A DNA stretch of 64,000 nt from Clostridia bacterium (lineage in GTDB: Bacteria; Bacillota; Clostridia; Oscillospirales; QAKW01), in the NCBI GenBank assembly GCA_017440465.1, contig JAFSHF010000022.1, forward strand, positions 159 to 64,158, in the 5' to 3' direction. Shown piece after piece: positions 16,356 through 27,469 of this stretch (the stretch's first letter is position 1; each line of letters opens with the position of its first letter). The position numbers were made by a program, and so were the translations under genes. The notes under the pieces were generated by a model. It saw nothing but the letters and a program-made list of their open reading frames with translations, made no database searches and was not told where the DNA came from.

Positions 16356-17489
16356 TTACTTGATCTTAAAATAAGACCACAAAGGATCATGGTCGCTGGA
16401 GGTTTCCATGCCGACAAAGACGCTCATTCCCTCTCCATCCACATAATAATCCAACATATTATTGACAAAAATGTTATCGATGCCGATCATATCATGGAGT
16501 TTCTTTTGCGTTTTACCGCCGTTCATCGAGGTCATCTTTGAACGGTCAAACAACTTGAACTGCGTTTTGATAGGCAAATTATAGTCGGCGGTCATCAGCG
16601 CGGGGCGCTTTTCCTTTTGTATGATGTCTGCCACCTCGCGGAACTGCGATTCCCCTATGGTAGTGTCTCTGGTACCGTCGGCTAAGTATTCTCCCTGGGT
16701 GCATAGATGGGTGTTGATGTAGACAACCTCCTGCCCATCGATCTCCAGAATCACGCGGGTGTATTTACGCAGCTCGTTATTTTGCTCCCTAAACGTCCCT
16801 ACTTCGACCTTCTTGATGGGAAAGCGGGACAAGATCGCATGACCATAGTCTCCACCATCTTTTTTAACGGTATTGGTAAAATAATAGTACTCATACCCCA
16901 GTTGCTCTGCCAGCCATTTGGGCTGATCGACATTGAAGCTGCGGGGTACTATGCTGTCCACTTCCTGCAGACCGACGATATCGGCATCAATCGCCTTCAT
17001 AATTTCAACCGTCTTTGCCCGCATATCTGTACCGGTAGATTCGGTTTCGGGATTATACCACATCGATTTGATATTAAAGGAAAGAATTTTATACCAACCG
17101 GAGCCTTCGGCGTCGGGATCGACTGCGGCGGGTGCCTCATTGCCCTCATCGTCGGAAGTTCCTTCCTCGTCGGGCGTTCCTTCCTCGTCGGGGGTTCCTT
17201 CTTCGTCAGGAGTTCCTTCATCATCGGGAGTTCCTTCGTCATCGGGAGTTCCTTCATCGTCGGGAGTTCCTTCGTCGTCGGGAGTTCCTTCGTCCTCGGG
17301 ATCCACTTCGTCGTCGGTACTATCGTTGCTTGCTGCGCCGCCGTTCGGGATGCCGCCGATCCCCTCGCCATCGACATTACTGCCATGGCCGAGGTCTACG
17401 CCCAATGCCGCCTTATTCTCATTGGCACAGCCGGCACACAGGCAGACGGTCATTGCGAGCACGATCGCAAACAAAAAGAAACGTTTCAT
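16356..17489 (-). CDS. EEP-family lipoprotein with acidic DEGTPD repeat linker
   Basis: Signal peptide with lipobox-like CAGC; SFNI, GLQEVD, ADYN, IDNI, SDH. Confidence 0.85.
   Translation of the reverse strand: MKRFFLFAIVLAMTVCLCAGCANENKAALGVDLGHGSNVDGEGIGGIPNGGAASNDSTDDEVDPEDEGTPDDEGTPDDEGTPDDEGTPDDEGTPDEEGTPDEEGTPDEEGTSDDEGNEAPAAVDPDAEGSGWYKILSFNIKSMWYNPETESTGTDMRAKTVEIMKAIDADIVGLQEVDSIVPRSFNVDQPKWLAEQLGYEYYYFTNTVKKDGGDYGHAILSRFPIKKVEVGTFREQNNELRKYTRVILEIDGQEVVYINTHLCTQGEYLADGTRDTTIGESQFREVADIIQKEKRPALMTADYNLPIKTQFKLFDRSKMTSMNGGKTQKKLHDMIGIDNIFVNNMLDYYVDGEGMSVFVGMETSSDHDPLWSYFKIK
17143..17301 (-). repeat. Coding 18-bp tandem repeat, ~9 copies (TPDDEG)
   Basis: Plus-strand CCTTCNTCRTCRGGNGTT units. 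Confidence 0.9.
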
Positions 17490-17639
17490 ATTCCATCCTC
17501 CACTATAAGAAAATTTTTATATAATTATAACATACAGGTACTGATAAAACAACCGTTTTTTCTTGATTTGATATCAAGTTTCTATTTTGTTTCCTCTCTT
17601 TAAAAAATCCCCCTGTTTTTCAAAAACAGGGAGATTTTA

Positions 17640-18593
17640 TTATACATCGAAATAGCCCAGAACCAAAATACCGAGAATGGCGGCCGCCAGGCAGAGATAA
17701 TGCTTCCAGGAAAGCTTTTCCTTGAGGAAAATGGCGCTCCAGACCATCGAGACCAGGCAATAGGAAGAGATGATGACCAAGCCCGGGATATAACCGCTCA
17801 CCACCACCTTGGCATAAAAGATCTGACCGACTGTTTCGCAGGTACTGCCCAGCAGTTTCACACCGTCGAATTTCTTATTGATCTTTTCTTTCTTAATGCC
17901 GAACACATAGATGGCAAAAGCGATGGCGATGATCATCCAGGTCAGCTCATAGGCGGTGTTCATCACATCGCCCGCCAGATCTTCATTCCCGATCCGCTCC
18001 ACATAGCCCTCGGCGATGAGGGTATCCACAAAGGTGCCCAGCGAATCCAATACGCAATAAAGCACCGGCAGTAAGATCGCCCAAAGGCTCTTGGTATATT
18101 TTCGGTTCGCCTTTTGCTGGCGCAGGGCGCGCAGTTCGGGGTCTTCGGTGCTATCGACGATGCCCAAAAAGAGGATGCCGCCGATGACCAGCACCAAACC
18201 GGCGATGATCCAGCCGTTGAGATAGATGGCGTTGCCGTCGAACTCCGGATTGAAGGTGACACCGAAGACGAGCATACAAAGGAGCGCCGAAACCGCGCCC
18301 GACCCATTGCAGATGGGCGAAGAGATGGAAAGTTCAATGTACCTGAGTCCGACATAGCCCACCACCATCGAAACGATATAAAAGAAGGACGCGGGCAGAT
18401 AATGGACGATATCCATCAGCGAGAAGGGAATCTTCTCAATAAAGATCATATAAAGCGCGTGCAAGCCCATAATTCCGCCGACGGCGATGCCGACTTTATA
18501 ATGGCTTGTCTTTTCGGTTTGGGGCGAGCCGATCTTGCTGAAGATATCCGATCCGCTCCAGCAAAGCATCGCAATGACTGCAAATAACCACAT
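17640..18593 (-). CDS. DMT/EamA-family transporter
   Basis: About 10 hydrophobic helices, C-terminal FLKEKLS. Confidence 0.8.
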   Translation of the reverse strand: MWLFAVIAMLCWSGSDIFSKIGSPQTEKTSHYKVGIAVGGIMGLHALYMIFIEKIPFSLMDIVHYLPASFFYIVSMVVGYVGLRYIELSISSPICNGSGAVSALLCMLVFGVTFNPEFDGNAIYLNGWIIAGLVLVIGGILFLGIVDSTEDPELRALRQQKANRKYTKSLWAILLPVLYCVLDSLGTFVDTLIAEGYVERIGNEDLAGDVMNTAYELTWMIIAIAFAIYVFGIKKEKINKKFDGVKLLGSTCETVGQIFYAKVVVSGYIPGLVIISSYCLVSMVWSAIFLKEKLSWKHYLCLAAAILGILVLGYFDV

Positions 18594-18594
18594 A

Positions 18595-18834
18595 TTATTG
18601 TTCTTCCTCCATTTTCTTGAATACCTCGCTTGCCGCCTTGGAAACCACTTCGGGGCGGGAGATCAGAATTCCGCTGGCATCATCCCCTAAGATCAATAGG
18701 GTATCGCCCGGCTCGATTCCAAACATAGTGCGCGCTTCCTTGGGGATGACGATCTGCCCCTTTTCGCCCACCTTCACCGTTCCGTAGATATGTTTGCCCT
18801 TCGGCAAGCCGTAAAGATGCTTTCCCTTTGCCAT
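18595..18834 (-). CDS. AbrB/MazE/SpoVT-family DNA-binding protein
   Basis: VKVGEKGQIVIPKEARTMFGIEPGD. Confidence 0.9.
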   Translation of the reverse strand: MAKGKHLYGLPKGKHIYGTVKVGEKGQIVIPKEARTMFGIEPGDTLLILGDDASGILISRPEVVSKAASEVFKKMEEEQ

Positions 18835-18983
18835 TTTGCTCTCCTTTTTATCTTAAGAAAGTCATACTTGTAGGAAAAGTATAACTATAATAGCATAGTT
18901 TTTTATCAAGTGCAACCCCTTGACGATAAAATAATAACATAATATAATAAAAACATCAAGATTTAAGGTAGCAAGAGGTTTTT

Positions 18984-20498
18984 ATGATTATAAAGGATCT
19001 TCGGTTGGCGGTGGACCATTCCGCGGCGCAGCTGCAAAAGAAAATAGAAAAAGCCGGCGGCATCCGCAATGCAAAATGGCGGATTTTGCGGCGGGCGATC
19101 GATGCCCGCAAGCAACCGGTCTGCTATTGCTATACCGTCGAAGCGGTCCCGCAGGGAGAGCCCTTTGAAGAGCGCAAACCCTTGGAAATCCCGCGTTCCA
19201 GGCTCAAGCAACGCCCCATCATTATCGGCTGCGGGCCGGCAGGTCTGTTTGCCGCCTTGATCCTTGCCAAAGCAGGCGCAAATCCCCTGCTTTTGGAGCG
19301 GGGCAAGCCGGTGGATCAGCGGCGGGCGGATATCGAAAAATTTCAGCGGGAAGGGGTGTTTGAGCCCGATTCCAATGTGCAGTTCGGGGAGGGCGGCGCA
19401 GGGACCTTTTCCGACGGGAAACTGACCACCGGCATCCACGACCCCTTATGCCGCGAGATCTTGGAAACCTTTGTCTCCTTCGGTGCGCCCGATACGATCT
19501 TATATGAAGCCAAGCCCCATATCGGCACCGATCTTTTGCAAAATGTCATCCGCAAAATGCGGCAGGAGATCCTTGCTTTGGGCGGGGAGATCCATTTCAA
19601 CGAGCCGATGCGGAAATTGCTGATCGAAAACGGCAAGATCATCGGTGTGGTGGGCAATGAGACCTACCCTGCCGAGCAGGTGATCTTAGCCATCGGCCAT
19701 AGCGCCCGCGATACCTTTGAGATGCTTTTGGAAGAGCAGATCCCCCTGCAACCCAAAGCCTTCTCCGTCGGCGCGCGGATCGAGCACCCTCAACCACTGA
19801 TCAATCAGGCGCAATACGGCGAGGATGCCCGCTATCTCGGCGCGGCAGACTATAAATTATCCTGGCATACCCCCGAAGGGCGGGGGGTCTATACCTTTTG
19901 TATGTGCCCCGGCGGCGAAGTCATTGCCGCCGCAGGGGAGGCAGGCGGCGTCTGCACCAATGGGATGAGCTACCACGCCCGCGCAGGCGAAAATGCCAAC
20001 AGTGCTCTTTTGGTGGGCATCACCCCCGCCGACTACGGCACCCACCACCCTCTCGCGGGGATGCATTTTCAGCGCAGGCTGGAGCGCGCCGCCTATGAAT
20101 ATTGCGGCGGCTATCGCGCCCCTGCCCAGCGGTTGGAGGATTTTATGCTGGGGCGGAAAACGACCGCCTTCGGCGCGGTACAGCCCAGCTATCGGCCCGC
20201 TGTCGTTCCCGCCGATCTGGCAGAACTTCTGCCCGCCTTTGCGGTCGATGCGATGCGGCAGGCGATCCCTGTCTTTGATCGGCGGCTGAAGGGCTTTGCC
20301 CTGCCCGATGCGGTGCTGACCGCACCGGAAACCCGCAGTTCCTCCCCCATCACCATTTTAAGAGACCGCCAAACGCTCCAAAGCGAAATTCAAGGATTAT
20401 ATCCTTGCGGCGAGGGTGCGGGCTATGCGGGAGGGATAATGAGTGCAGCCGCCGATGGGGTCAAATGCGCTTTAAGTATATTGAGAATAGACCGTTGA
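18984..20498 (+). CDS. FAD-dependent oxidoreductase (HI0933-like)
   Basis: IIGCGPAG, GEGGAGTFSDGKL, FCMCPGG, GEGAGYAGGIMSAA. Confidence 0.88.
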   Translation: MIIKDLRLAVDHSAAQLQKKIEKAGGIRNAKWRILRRAIDARKQPVCYCYTVEAVPQGEPFEERKPLEIPRSRLKQRPIIIGCGPAGLFAALILAKAGANPLLLERGKPVDQRRADIEKFQREGVFEPDSNVQFGEGGAGTFSDGKLTTGIHDPLCREILETFVSFGAPDTILYEAKPHIGTDLLQNVIRKMRQEILALGGEIHFNEPMRKLLIENGKIIGVVGNETYPAEQVILAIGHSARDTFEMLLEEQIPLQPKAFSVGARIEHPQPLINQAQYGEDARYLGAADYKLSWHTPEGRGVYTFCMCPGGEVIAAAGEAGGVCTNGMSYHARAGENANSALLVGITPADYGTHHPLAGMHFQRRLERAAYEYCGGYRAPAQRLEDFMLGRKTTAFGAVQPSYRPAVVPADLAELLPAFAVDAMRQAIPVFDRRLKGFALPDAVLTAPETRSSSPITILRDRQTLQSEIQGLYPCGEGAGYAGGIMSAAADGVKCALSILRIDR

Positions 20499-20793
20499 AA
20501 TGGGCGGCTTTTCCGATTTTTCGGTCTTGCCGTATCGACATACGCCTGCGCCCGAAGAAATCAAAAAATCCATCCCATTTGAACGGTCTGAACTACAATT
20601 CTTTTTGTTTTAAAGAAAAAACAACATATTTCCTAATTCTAAACCGTTCAAATCAGATGCAGATTTTCATTTCTTTAACCCTCGGCTATATATCGATATG
20701 CCGAGGGTTAAAAAATGAGAAAGACATTAAAATAGCCGCTCCTTATGGAGCGGCTATCCTTATTCTTGTCGGTCTGCGCTGATTTCAACGGCT

Positions 20794-21480
20794 TTATAAG
20801 GTTTTCATTGCTTCGGTTAGTATATTTATACTTTGTTTTGCGGCTTTCTTGACAAATGCGGGAAAATCCATCACTGCCTCTTCGCTTGCACCGTCGGAGA
20901 TAGCGCGCAGGACCGCGAAGGGCACCTGATTGACATAGCAGACCTGCCCGATGGCGGCACCTTCCATTTCACAGCAAGCGGCATTGAAGCGACCGCGGAT
21001 GAGGTTCTTCTTTTGCTGCTCGGCGATAAACTGATCGCCCGACGCCACCACACCGCAGACGGCTTTGGCACCCGCTGTTTCTGCCGCCTTGGTAAAGGCT
21101 TTGATCAATTTTTCATCGGCAGGCAGTTCCACTTGGTTGATGCCCGAGATCATCCCGACAGGGTCGCCCAGCGGGGAGGTATCCATATCGTGTTGCACCA
21201 CCTGCTCGGCAACGACAATATCCATAATCTCCAACGCGGGATCTAAAGCACCCGCCACTCCGGTATTGATGATGCAATCGGGATGATATGTAAGGATCAT
21301 TGCCTCAGCGCAGAGCGCGGCAAACACCTTGCCCACACCTGCTGTCGCCACAACGATATCTTTGCCGCACCATTTGCCGCAGACAAAGCGGACTCCGCTG
21401 ACGGTCTGCGCCTCTACCTGCTCCATCCCGCGAATGATGGCGGCGGTTTCCGATTCCATAGCTCCGATAATTCCGATCAT
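20794..21480 (-). CDS. mtnN: 5'-methylthioadenosine/S-adenosylhomocysteine nucleosidase
   Basis: MIGIIGAMESE, GVGKV, SGDQFI, EMEGAAI, RAISD. Confidence 0.93.
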   Translation of the reverse strand: MIGIIGAMESETAAIIRGMEQVEAQTVSGVRFVCGKWCGKDIVVATAGVGKVFAALCAEAMILTYHPDCIINTGVAGALDPALEIMDIVVAEQVVQHDMDTSPLGDPVGMISGINQVELPADEKLIKAFTKAAETAGAKAVCGVVASGDQFIAEQQKKNLIRGRFNAACCEMEGAAIGQVCYVNQVPFAVLRAISDGASEEAVMDFPAFVKKAAKQSINILTEAMKTL

Positions 21481-22283
21481 TTCCAATTCTCCTTTTTGAT
21501 TTCCAAGGTATCCAATACCTTGATGCCGCAATCCTTGGCGACCTTTTCCATAATGGCGGTATATTCCGCATCCCCCGCAAATTGCGGCTGATGGGCATCG
21601 CAACCGAAGACGGCGGTACACCCTTCCTCCGCCGCGATCTGCCAAAAGGCAGGGACGGGGTAACTATCGGCAATATCCTTGCGGCGCAGACCCTGGGCAT
21701 TGATCTCCAGCGGCAAGCCGCAACGCTTAGCCTCTCGGCAGAGCCGCCGCATATGCTTGCGGTAGACGGCGGGGTCGCCCCTGAAAAGGCAGACATCGGG
21801 GTGCGCTAAATATAAAAACTTCCCGGTCTGCATCCCTGCGGCGACCTGCTCGACATAGTTTGCCAATTTATATTCCTCGCCCCGATCCCAAGGGTAGGTA
21901 TACCACTTATTCGGGTTTTCTACGTCATATTCATTAGCGGTGCAATGCTGACCCAAGATCAGATACTCCACCCCCGGATACTGACGCAATAATGCCAGAA
22001 GATCGCCGAAGATCTCCGGCATATATTCCGCTTCCAGCCCGCAATGCAGTTCGATGCGGTCGCCGTATTGCTTTTTTAAATGTTCAATGGTTTGAATATA
22101 CTCGGGCAGTTGCTCGGGAAGCATCCGAACCTTGGATACATAACCATTCGGAAAAATCTGCGGGGAATGGTCGGAAAACCCCAAGATCTTCAGGCCGTTT
22201 GCAATGGCGGCTTCCACATATTCCCATTCTTCCCCCTGCGCGTGATTACATCGCACCGTATGGGTATGATAATTGGCTATCAT
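21477..22283 (-). CDS. PHP-family histidinol-phosphatase-like protein
   Basis: NYHTHT, SDHSP, GLEAEY, AHPD, GCDAH. Confidence 0.85.
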   Translation of the reverse strand: MIANYHTHTVRCNHAQGEEWEYVEAAIANGLKILGFSDHSPQIFPNGYVSKVRMLPEQLPEYIQTIEHLKKQYGDRIELHCGLEAEYMPEIFGDLLALLRQYPGVEYLILGQHCTANEYDVENPNKWYTYPWDRGEEYKLANYVEQVAAGMQTGKFLYLAHPDVCLFRGDPAVYRKHMRRLCREAKRCGLPLEINAQGLRRKDIADSYPVPAFWQIAAEEGCTAVFGCDAHQPQFAGDAEYTAIMEKVAKDCGIKVLDTLEIKKENWK

Positions 22284-22300
22284 TCAAATATCTCCTAAGA

Positions 22301-22335
22301 ATAATCCGAACCTAATTTAAGGTTCGGATTATTTT
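22301..22335 (-). terminator. Terminator-like hairpin after ftsH
   Basis: ATAATCCGAACCT/AGGTTCGGATTAT inverted repeat. Confidence 0.6.
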
Positions 22336-22344
22336 TGCTCAAAC

Positions 22345-24225
22345 TTATTCTTCGTTATTTTCGGGATTTTTCCCATCCGCTTCGGGTGCAGATTCTTGCT
22401 CAATGGGCGCAAAGATGGCGGCAAATTCCTCCGCGGTCAATCGCTCTTTGGTCAGCAAGGCTTCGGCGGTGGCGCGGACCTCCGCTTCGTGGTCTTTGAG
22501 GATCTGCTCGGCGGTCTTATAGGCGCGGTCGATGATGGCGTGGATCTCTTCGTCGATCTTCGCCGCCACATTCTCCGAATAGGCGCGTTGAGTAGTGAAA
22601 TCGCGACCGATAAACACCTCATCATTATCACTGCCGTAAAGGATGGGACCGAGTTTTTCGCTCATACCGTATTTGGTCACCATCTGGCGGGCGATGCCGC
22701 TGGCGCGCTGAATATCATTGGACGCACCGGTGGAGATATCCTCCAGATACAACTGCTCCGAAACCCGCCCGCCCAGCAGGCCGACGATCTGCTCAAACAT
22801 CACCTTGCGGGTGGAATAGGAAAGATCTTCCTTGGGCAGAGAAAGGGTATATCCACCCGCTCTGCCGCGGGGGATGATAGAAATCTCGTGGACCGGATCG
22901 GCGGTCTCCAAAAACTGCGCGACCACTGCATGGCCCGCTTCGTGGAAGGCGGTCAAGCGACGCTCTTTTTCCACAATCTTGCGGCTCTTCTTCTCGGGGC
23001 CGGCAATCACTTTCATAATGGATTCTTCGATCTCCTGCTGGCCGATCTCCTTCTTGGCGCGGCGGGCGGCAAGCAACGCCGCTTCGTTGAGCAGGTTTTC
23101 AATATCCGCGCCGGTAAAGCCGATGGTCCCCTTGGCGATATTGGAAAAATCCACATCGGGCGCAAAGGTCTTTTTGCGGGCGTGGACCTTCAGGATGGCT
23201 TCGCGGCCCTCCTGATCGGGGTAGCCCACATAGATCTGGCGGTCGAACCGACCGGGGCGCAGCAGCGCGGGATCTAAAACATCGGCGCGGTTGGTGGCGG
23301 CGATGACGATGATGCCCGCATTGGAGCCGAACCCGTCCATCTCCACCAGCAATTGGTTCAAGGTCTGCTCGCGTTCATCGTGGCCGCCGCCCAAGCCGGT
23401 ACCTCTGCGCCGACCCACCGCGTCGATCTCATCGATAAACACAATGCAGGGATTATTCTTTTTAGCTTCGCCAAACAGTTCGCGGACACGGGAGGCACCC
23501 ATACCCACATACAACTCAACGAAATCCGAGCCCGAAATGGAGAAGAAGGGAACACCCGCCTCCCCTGCCACCGCTTTGGCAAGCAGGGTCTTACCGGTTC
23601 CCGGAGGGCCCACCAAAAGCACGCCCTTGGGGATCCGCGCACCCAATTCCATATATTTCCGCGGTGCTTTGAGGAAATCGACGATCTCCACCAATTCTTC
23701 CTTTTCTTCATCGGCACCTGCCACATCGGCAAAGGTCTTTTTATCCGCAGGATCCACTTCGTTGCGGATACGGCTCTTGGTGAAGCCGGTACGCCCTGCG
23801 CCGTTCATCTGGCGGTTCGTCATCACAAAGAAGAGGATCAGCGCGCCAAACAAGAACACATAGGGCAGAAAGCTGACCCACCAGGGCAGGACAAAGCCTT
23901 CGGAGAAATTATAATCCTCGATGATGCCCGCCTTTTGCTGCTCCAGCACCATCGGCATAATTTCTGCCTCAAACATCCCCAGACTCAACAGCTCGTGTTG
24001 CACCTTGGTTCCGTCTTTGAGCTGGCAGGTGAGTTTTGCCCCCTCCAATTCAAAGAGGGAGACCTGCTCGGTATTAAAATAATTCACCATCTCGCCGTAG
24101 GAGATCTTTTTGACCTCCTCGCCCTTATTAAAATAGGAAAAGACAGCAAATACTAAGGCAAACAGCAGAAGAACATAAATGATCCCCCGCGCGCCAAAAC
24201 GCTTTTTATTCAAGTTTCCATTCAC
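22345..24225 (-). CDS. ftsH: ATP-dependent zinc metalloprotease FtsH
   Basis: [21 protein letters not shown], two N-terminal TMs. Confidence 0.97.
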   Translation of the reverse strand: MNGNLNKKRFGARGIIYVLLLFALVFAVFSYFNKGEEVKKISYGEMVNYFNTEQVSLFELEGAKLTCQLKDGTKVQHELLSLGMFEAEIMPMVLEQQKAGIIEDYNFSEGFVLPWWVSFLPYVFLFGALILFFVMTNRQMNGAGRTGFTKSRIRNEVDPADKKTFADVAGADEEKEELVEIVDFLKAPRKYMELGARIPKGVLLVGPPGTGKTLLAKAVAGEAGVPFFSISGSDFVELYVGMGASRVRELFGEAKKNNPCIVFIDEIDAVGRRRGTGLGGGHDEREQTLNQLLVEMDGFGSNAGIIVIAATNRADVLDPALLRPGRFDRQIYVGYPDQEGREAILKVHARKKTFAPDVDFSNIAKGTIGFTGADIENLLNEAALLAARRAKKEIGQQEIEESIMKVIAGPEKKSRKIVEKERRLTAFHEAGHAVVAQFLETADPVHEISIIPRGRAGGYTLSLPKEDLSYSTRKVMFEQIVGLLGGRVSEQLYLEDISTGASNDIQRASGIARQMVTKYGMSEKLGPILYGSDNDEVFIGRDFTTQRAYSENVAAKIDEEIHAIIDRAYKTAEQILKDHEAEVRATAEALLTKERLTAEEFAAIFAPIEQESAPEADGKNPENNEE

Positions 24226-24228
24226 TCC

Positions 24229-24777
24229 TTATCCGCCGTAAACTTCTTCTTTCAGGATCCCGACATACGGCAGGTTGCGGAATCGCTCATCATAATCCAG
24301 ACCATACCCGACAATAAACGCATCGGGGATCTCGAAGCCGATATATTTTGCTTCTACCTCCACTTTTCTGCGGGAAGGCTTGGAAAAGAGGGTGCAGATC
24401 TCGATGGATGCCGGCTCTCTTTGCCGCAAAAGATTCATCAGATTATGCAAAGTAACTCCGCTATCCAGAATATCCTCCACGATCAGCAGGTTTTTCCCCT
24501 TGATATCCACATCCAGATCCTTTAAGATCTTCACAGCACCTTTGGTCTCGGTGCCGGACCCGTAGCTGGAAACATTCATAAAGTCGATCTGCAGCGGCAG
24601 ATCCACCGCCCGCATCAGATCCGCCATCACCATCACGCTCCCTTTGAGAATGGAGACCATCAGCAGATCCTTGCCTGCATAGTCCTTGGTAATGGCGGCG
24701 CCCAGCTCGGCGATCTTCTCGCGGAGCTGCTGCTCGGTGCAAAGCACCTCTTTAATTGCATAATCCTGCACTGTCAT
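24229..24777 (-). CDS. hpt: Hypoxanthine phosphoribosyltransferase
   Basis: VEDILDSG, VGYGLDY; tilS-hpt-ftsH synteny. Confidence 0.96.
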   Translation of the reverse strand: MTVQDYAIKEVLCTEQQLREKIAELGAAITKDYAGKDLLMVSILKGSVMVMADLMRAVDLPLQIDFMNVSSYGSGTETKGAVKILKDLDVDIKGKNLLIVEDILDSGVTLHNLMNLLRQREPASIEICTLFSKPSRRKVEVEAKYIGFEIPDAFIVGYGLDYDERFRNLPYVGILKEEVYGG

Positions 24778-24792
24778 TCTTCATAATCCCCT

Positions 24793-26088
24793 TTAGTTTT
24801 TCCCAATTTTCACAGTATAAACCTGTTTTGTATTTTCATCGGGCGCAAATTCCTTCGCCGCGCCGTATCCTTCGGCCCAAAGCAGAGTCCCTTGCTCATC
24901 GCAAAGCACCCAAAGTTGCTCGCGGGCGGTGCGGGGAACGCGGTCGTTTTTCAACCGTTTTTGCAGGCGGGAGGTCCCGCCGCCTGCCTTGGCAGGCAGA
25001 AAACGGTCGCCGTCGCGCTTATGGCGAAAGATCAGATTGCCCTTTATTTTATCACAGTCTAATTGAAAATGTGTAAACGCACTGTTAATTTCTTCTGAAA
25101 GTACCAAAAACTCCCAGTCGCCCCAGCGGGCGATTTGGTTTGGAATCGCGGCGATCTCCGGTGCTTCTTGGGGCACCGTAAATACGCATTTTCCATATTC
25201 GATGCGAAAATACCGCCCCTGCGGCAGTTGCAACTGCGCCGACGGCGGATTTTTGCGGATCAGAGCGGCGATCTGCTCAAAATGCAGGCGGGATAACAAA
25301 CTCCCGTTCCTCCGATCCAGCACCCGCTTTAAAACAGCATCGGGCAACGCCGCCAACGCTTCGGCGGCATCGGTCTGAATACTTTCCGCCCATTGGTTTA
25401 AAGCCTGATCCTCCGCTTCCAGGCAACGCATTGCCGCCGCCAGCCCTTCGGAGAACTTCCCCTCCTGCCGTTGATTTAGACGCGGCAGAATTTCGTATCG
25501 CAAAAAATTGCGCAGGTAGGAGGTATCCTCATTGGTCTCATCCCAGACATAGGGCAACCCTTGCTCTGCGCAATAGGCAAGGATCTCCTCTTTCTCCCAT
25601 TCCAAAAGCGGGCGGAGATAGCCGCCGCGGCGGGCTTTAATGCCCGAAAGGCCGCTGCTGCCGCTGCCGCGATAGAGGTTGATGAAAAAGGTCTCCTCCC
25701 GATCTCGGCGATGGTGGGCGGTGGCGCAAAACTGCATCTGCCCATCGGCAAAGGAATCCAAAAAGCCATAGCGCAACGCGCGGGCGGCTTCTTCCGGACT
25801 CATCCCCTGCTCCTTTGCCAAGGCGGGGGCATCCCCCTCAAAAATATGCAGAGGGATCTCCCAATCCTCGCAAAGGGCGCGGCAAAATTCCAGATCCCTG
25901 CGGGAGGCTTCCCCGCGGATACCGTGCTCAATATGCGCCGCCTGCAGGGAAAAGGCGCGGTTCGGTAATTCTTTCAGCAGATGCAAAAGCGCCACCGAAT
26001 CGCTGCCGCCGCTCAAAGCGACGGTCAGCACGCTCCCTTGGGGCAGAGAAAACTCCTCCATTGCTTTTTGAAAGCGTGCTTTCATCAT
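24793..26088 (-). CDS. tilS: tRNA(Ile)-lysidine synthetase
   Basis: SGGSDS, TAHH, RPLL, RNFLR. Confidence 0.93.
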   Translation of the reverse strand: MMKARFQKAMEEFSLPQGSVLTVALSGGSDSVALLHLLKELPNRAFSLQAAHIEHGIRGEASRRDLEFCRALCEDWEIPLHIFEGDAPALAKEQGMSPEEAARALRYGFLDSFADGQMQFCATAHHRRDREETFFINLYRGSGSSGLSGIKARRGGYLRPLLEWEKEEILAYCAEQGLPYVWDETNEDTSYLRNFLRYEILPRLNQRQEGKFSEGLAAAMRCLEAEDQALNQWAESIQTDAAEALAALPDAVLKRVLDRRNGSLLSRLHFEQIAALIRKNPPSAQLQLPQGRYFRIEYGKCVFTVPQEAPEIAAIPNQIARWGDWEFLVLSEEINSAFTHFQLDCDKIKGNLIFRHKRDGDRFLPAKAGGGTSRLQKRLKNDRVPRTAREQLWVLCDEQGTLLWAEGYGAAKEFAPDENTKQVYTVKIGKN

Positions 26089-27455
26089 ACCGGCGGAGCC
26101 TCTTCCGGCAAGGGAATACCGCCGGGCATCGCATCTTTTTTGGCTTTATAATCGCCGAACTTGGTCAAGGTATTATTCCAAGAGAGATAGACCGTTTCGG
26201 TGGGACCGTGGCGGTTCTTGGCGATGATCAATTCAATTTTATTGGGGTTGGCGGTCTCTTTATTATAGATCGCATCGTTATAAAGGAACAGAATGGCATC
26301 TGCATCCTGCTCAATAGAGCCCGATTCACGCAGATCGGAGGGCATCGGGCGTTTATCCCCCTCCCGCTTTTCGGGGGCGCGGGAAAGCTGGGAAAGACAC
26401 AGGACAGGAACATTAAATTCCTTTGCCATCATCTTCATGGAACGGGAGATCTCCGATACCGCTTCCACGCGGCTGGCGGATTTACTGCCCGAACTCATCA
26501 ACTGCAGATAGTCGACGATGACCAGATCCAAGGAGGGCAGACGGCGCAGTTTGGCTTTCATCTGCGCAACCGTCATATCGGGGGTATCGTCCAGATAGAC
26601 GGTAGCACCGGAAAGCTGGGATGCCGATTGCCCTAAGCGGATCCATTCCGCCTGGGTCAGCTCGCCGGTACGGAATTTTTTATTATCCACCGCGCTATGG
26701 CTGGCAAGCAAGCGGTTTGCCAACTGCTCGTTGCTCATTTCCAGCGAGAAGATGGCAACGGTCTTGCCCTTTAAGCCCACATTCTGCGCGATATTCAACG
26801 CCAACGAGGTCTTACCCAAACCGGGGCGGGCGGCGAGCAAGATCAGATCGCTCTTGCCAAAGCCCGAAAGGACACGGTCCAGATCGCGGAAATTGGTTTT
26901 GAGCCCCGCAAATGCCGCAGGATCTTGAGAGATCTTGGTGACCCGCTCAAAGCTTTCGATCAGGGCGGTACGCAGTTCCACCATCGAGGTATTGCTCTGG
27001 CGGTCGCGGATCTCAAAGATCTTCGCCTCCGCCATATCCAAAATCTCCTGCACCTCGTCGCTGCCGGAATAGCAGGCCTCGGTGATCTGATCGCAGGCGG
27101 CGATCAGGCGGCGCAGGTTGGCTTTCTCCACAATGATCTTGGCGTGGGCGACCGCGTTTTTGACGCTGGTGACCGAGGATGCCATATCATAAAGCAATGC
27201 CTTGGCTTCCGCCTCTTCATAGATGCCTTCCGCCACCACACGGTTGAGAACGGTGACGAAATCGATGGGTGCGCCGGTGGCATACATTTCGCTGATGATA
27301 TCGTAAATTTTGCCGTATTTATCCACATAGAAGTGTTCGGGGCGCAATACCGCCGCCAGATCTTCCATACACTTATAGTCCACGATCAAAGCGCCGATGA
27401 CGCTTTGCTCCGCTTCCATACTATGGGGGGTACGTTTCAAATCTTCAAATTCCAT
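26085..27455 (-). CDS. dnaB: Replicative DNA helicase
   Basis: AARPGLGKT, VDYLQL, SQLSR, DLRESGSIEQDAD, KNRHG. Confidence 0.96.
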   Translation of the reverse strand: MEFEDLKRTPHSMEAEQSVIGALIVDYKCMEDLAAVLRPEHFYVDKYGKIYDIISEMYATGAPIDFVTVLNRVVAEGIYEEAEAKALLYDMASSVTSVKNAVAHAKIIVEKANLRRLIAACDQITEACYSGSDEVQEILDMAEAKIFEIRDRQSNTSMVELRTALIESFERVTKISQDPAAFAGLKTNFRDLDRVLSGFGKSDLILLAARPGLGKTSLALNIAQNVGLKGKTVAIFSLEMSNEQLANRLLASHSAVDNKKFRTGELTQAEWIRLGQSASQLSGATVYLDDTPDMTVAQMKAKLRRLPSLDLVIVDYLQLMSSGSKSASRVEAVSEISRSMKMMAKEFNVPVLCLSQLSRAPEKREGDKRPMPSDLRESGSIEQDADAILFLYNDAIYNKETANPNKIELIIAKNRHGPTETVYLSWNNTLTKFGDYKAKKDAMPGGIPLPEEAPPV

Positions 27456-27469
27456 TTTGAAGATCCTCC

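Noticed and set aside
17143-17301. 18-bp repeats here and at 51889-52083 as CRISPR or ncRNA arrays
   Set aside because: In-frame coding repeats with third-position variation and no spacers
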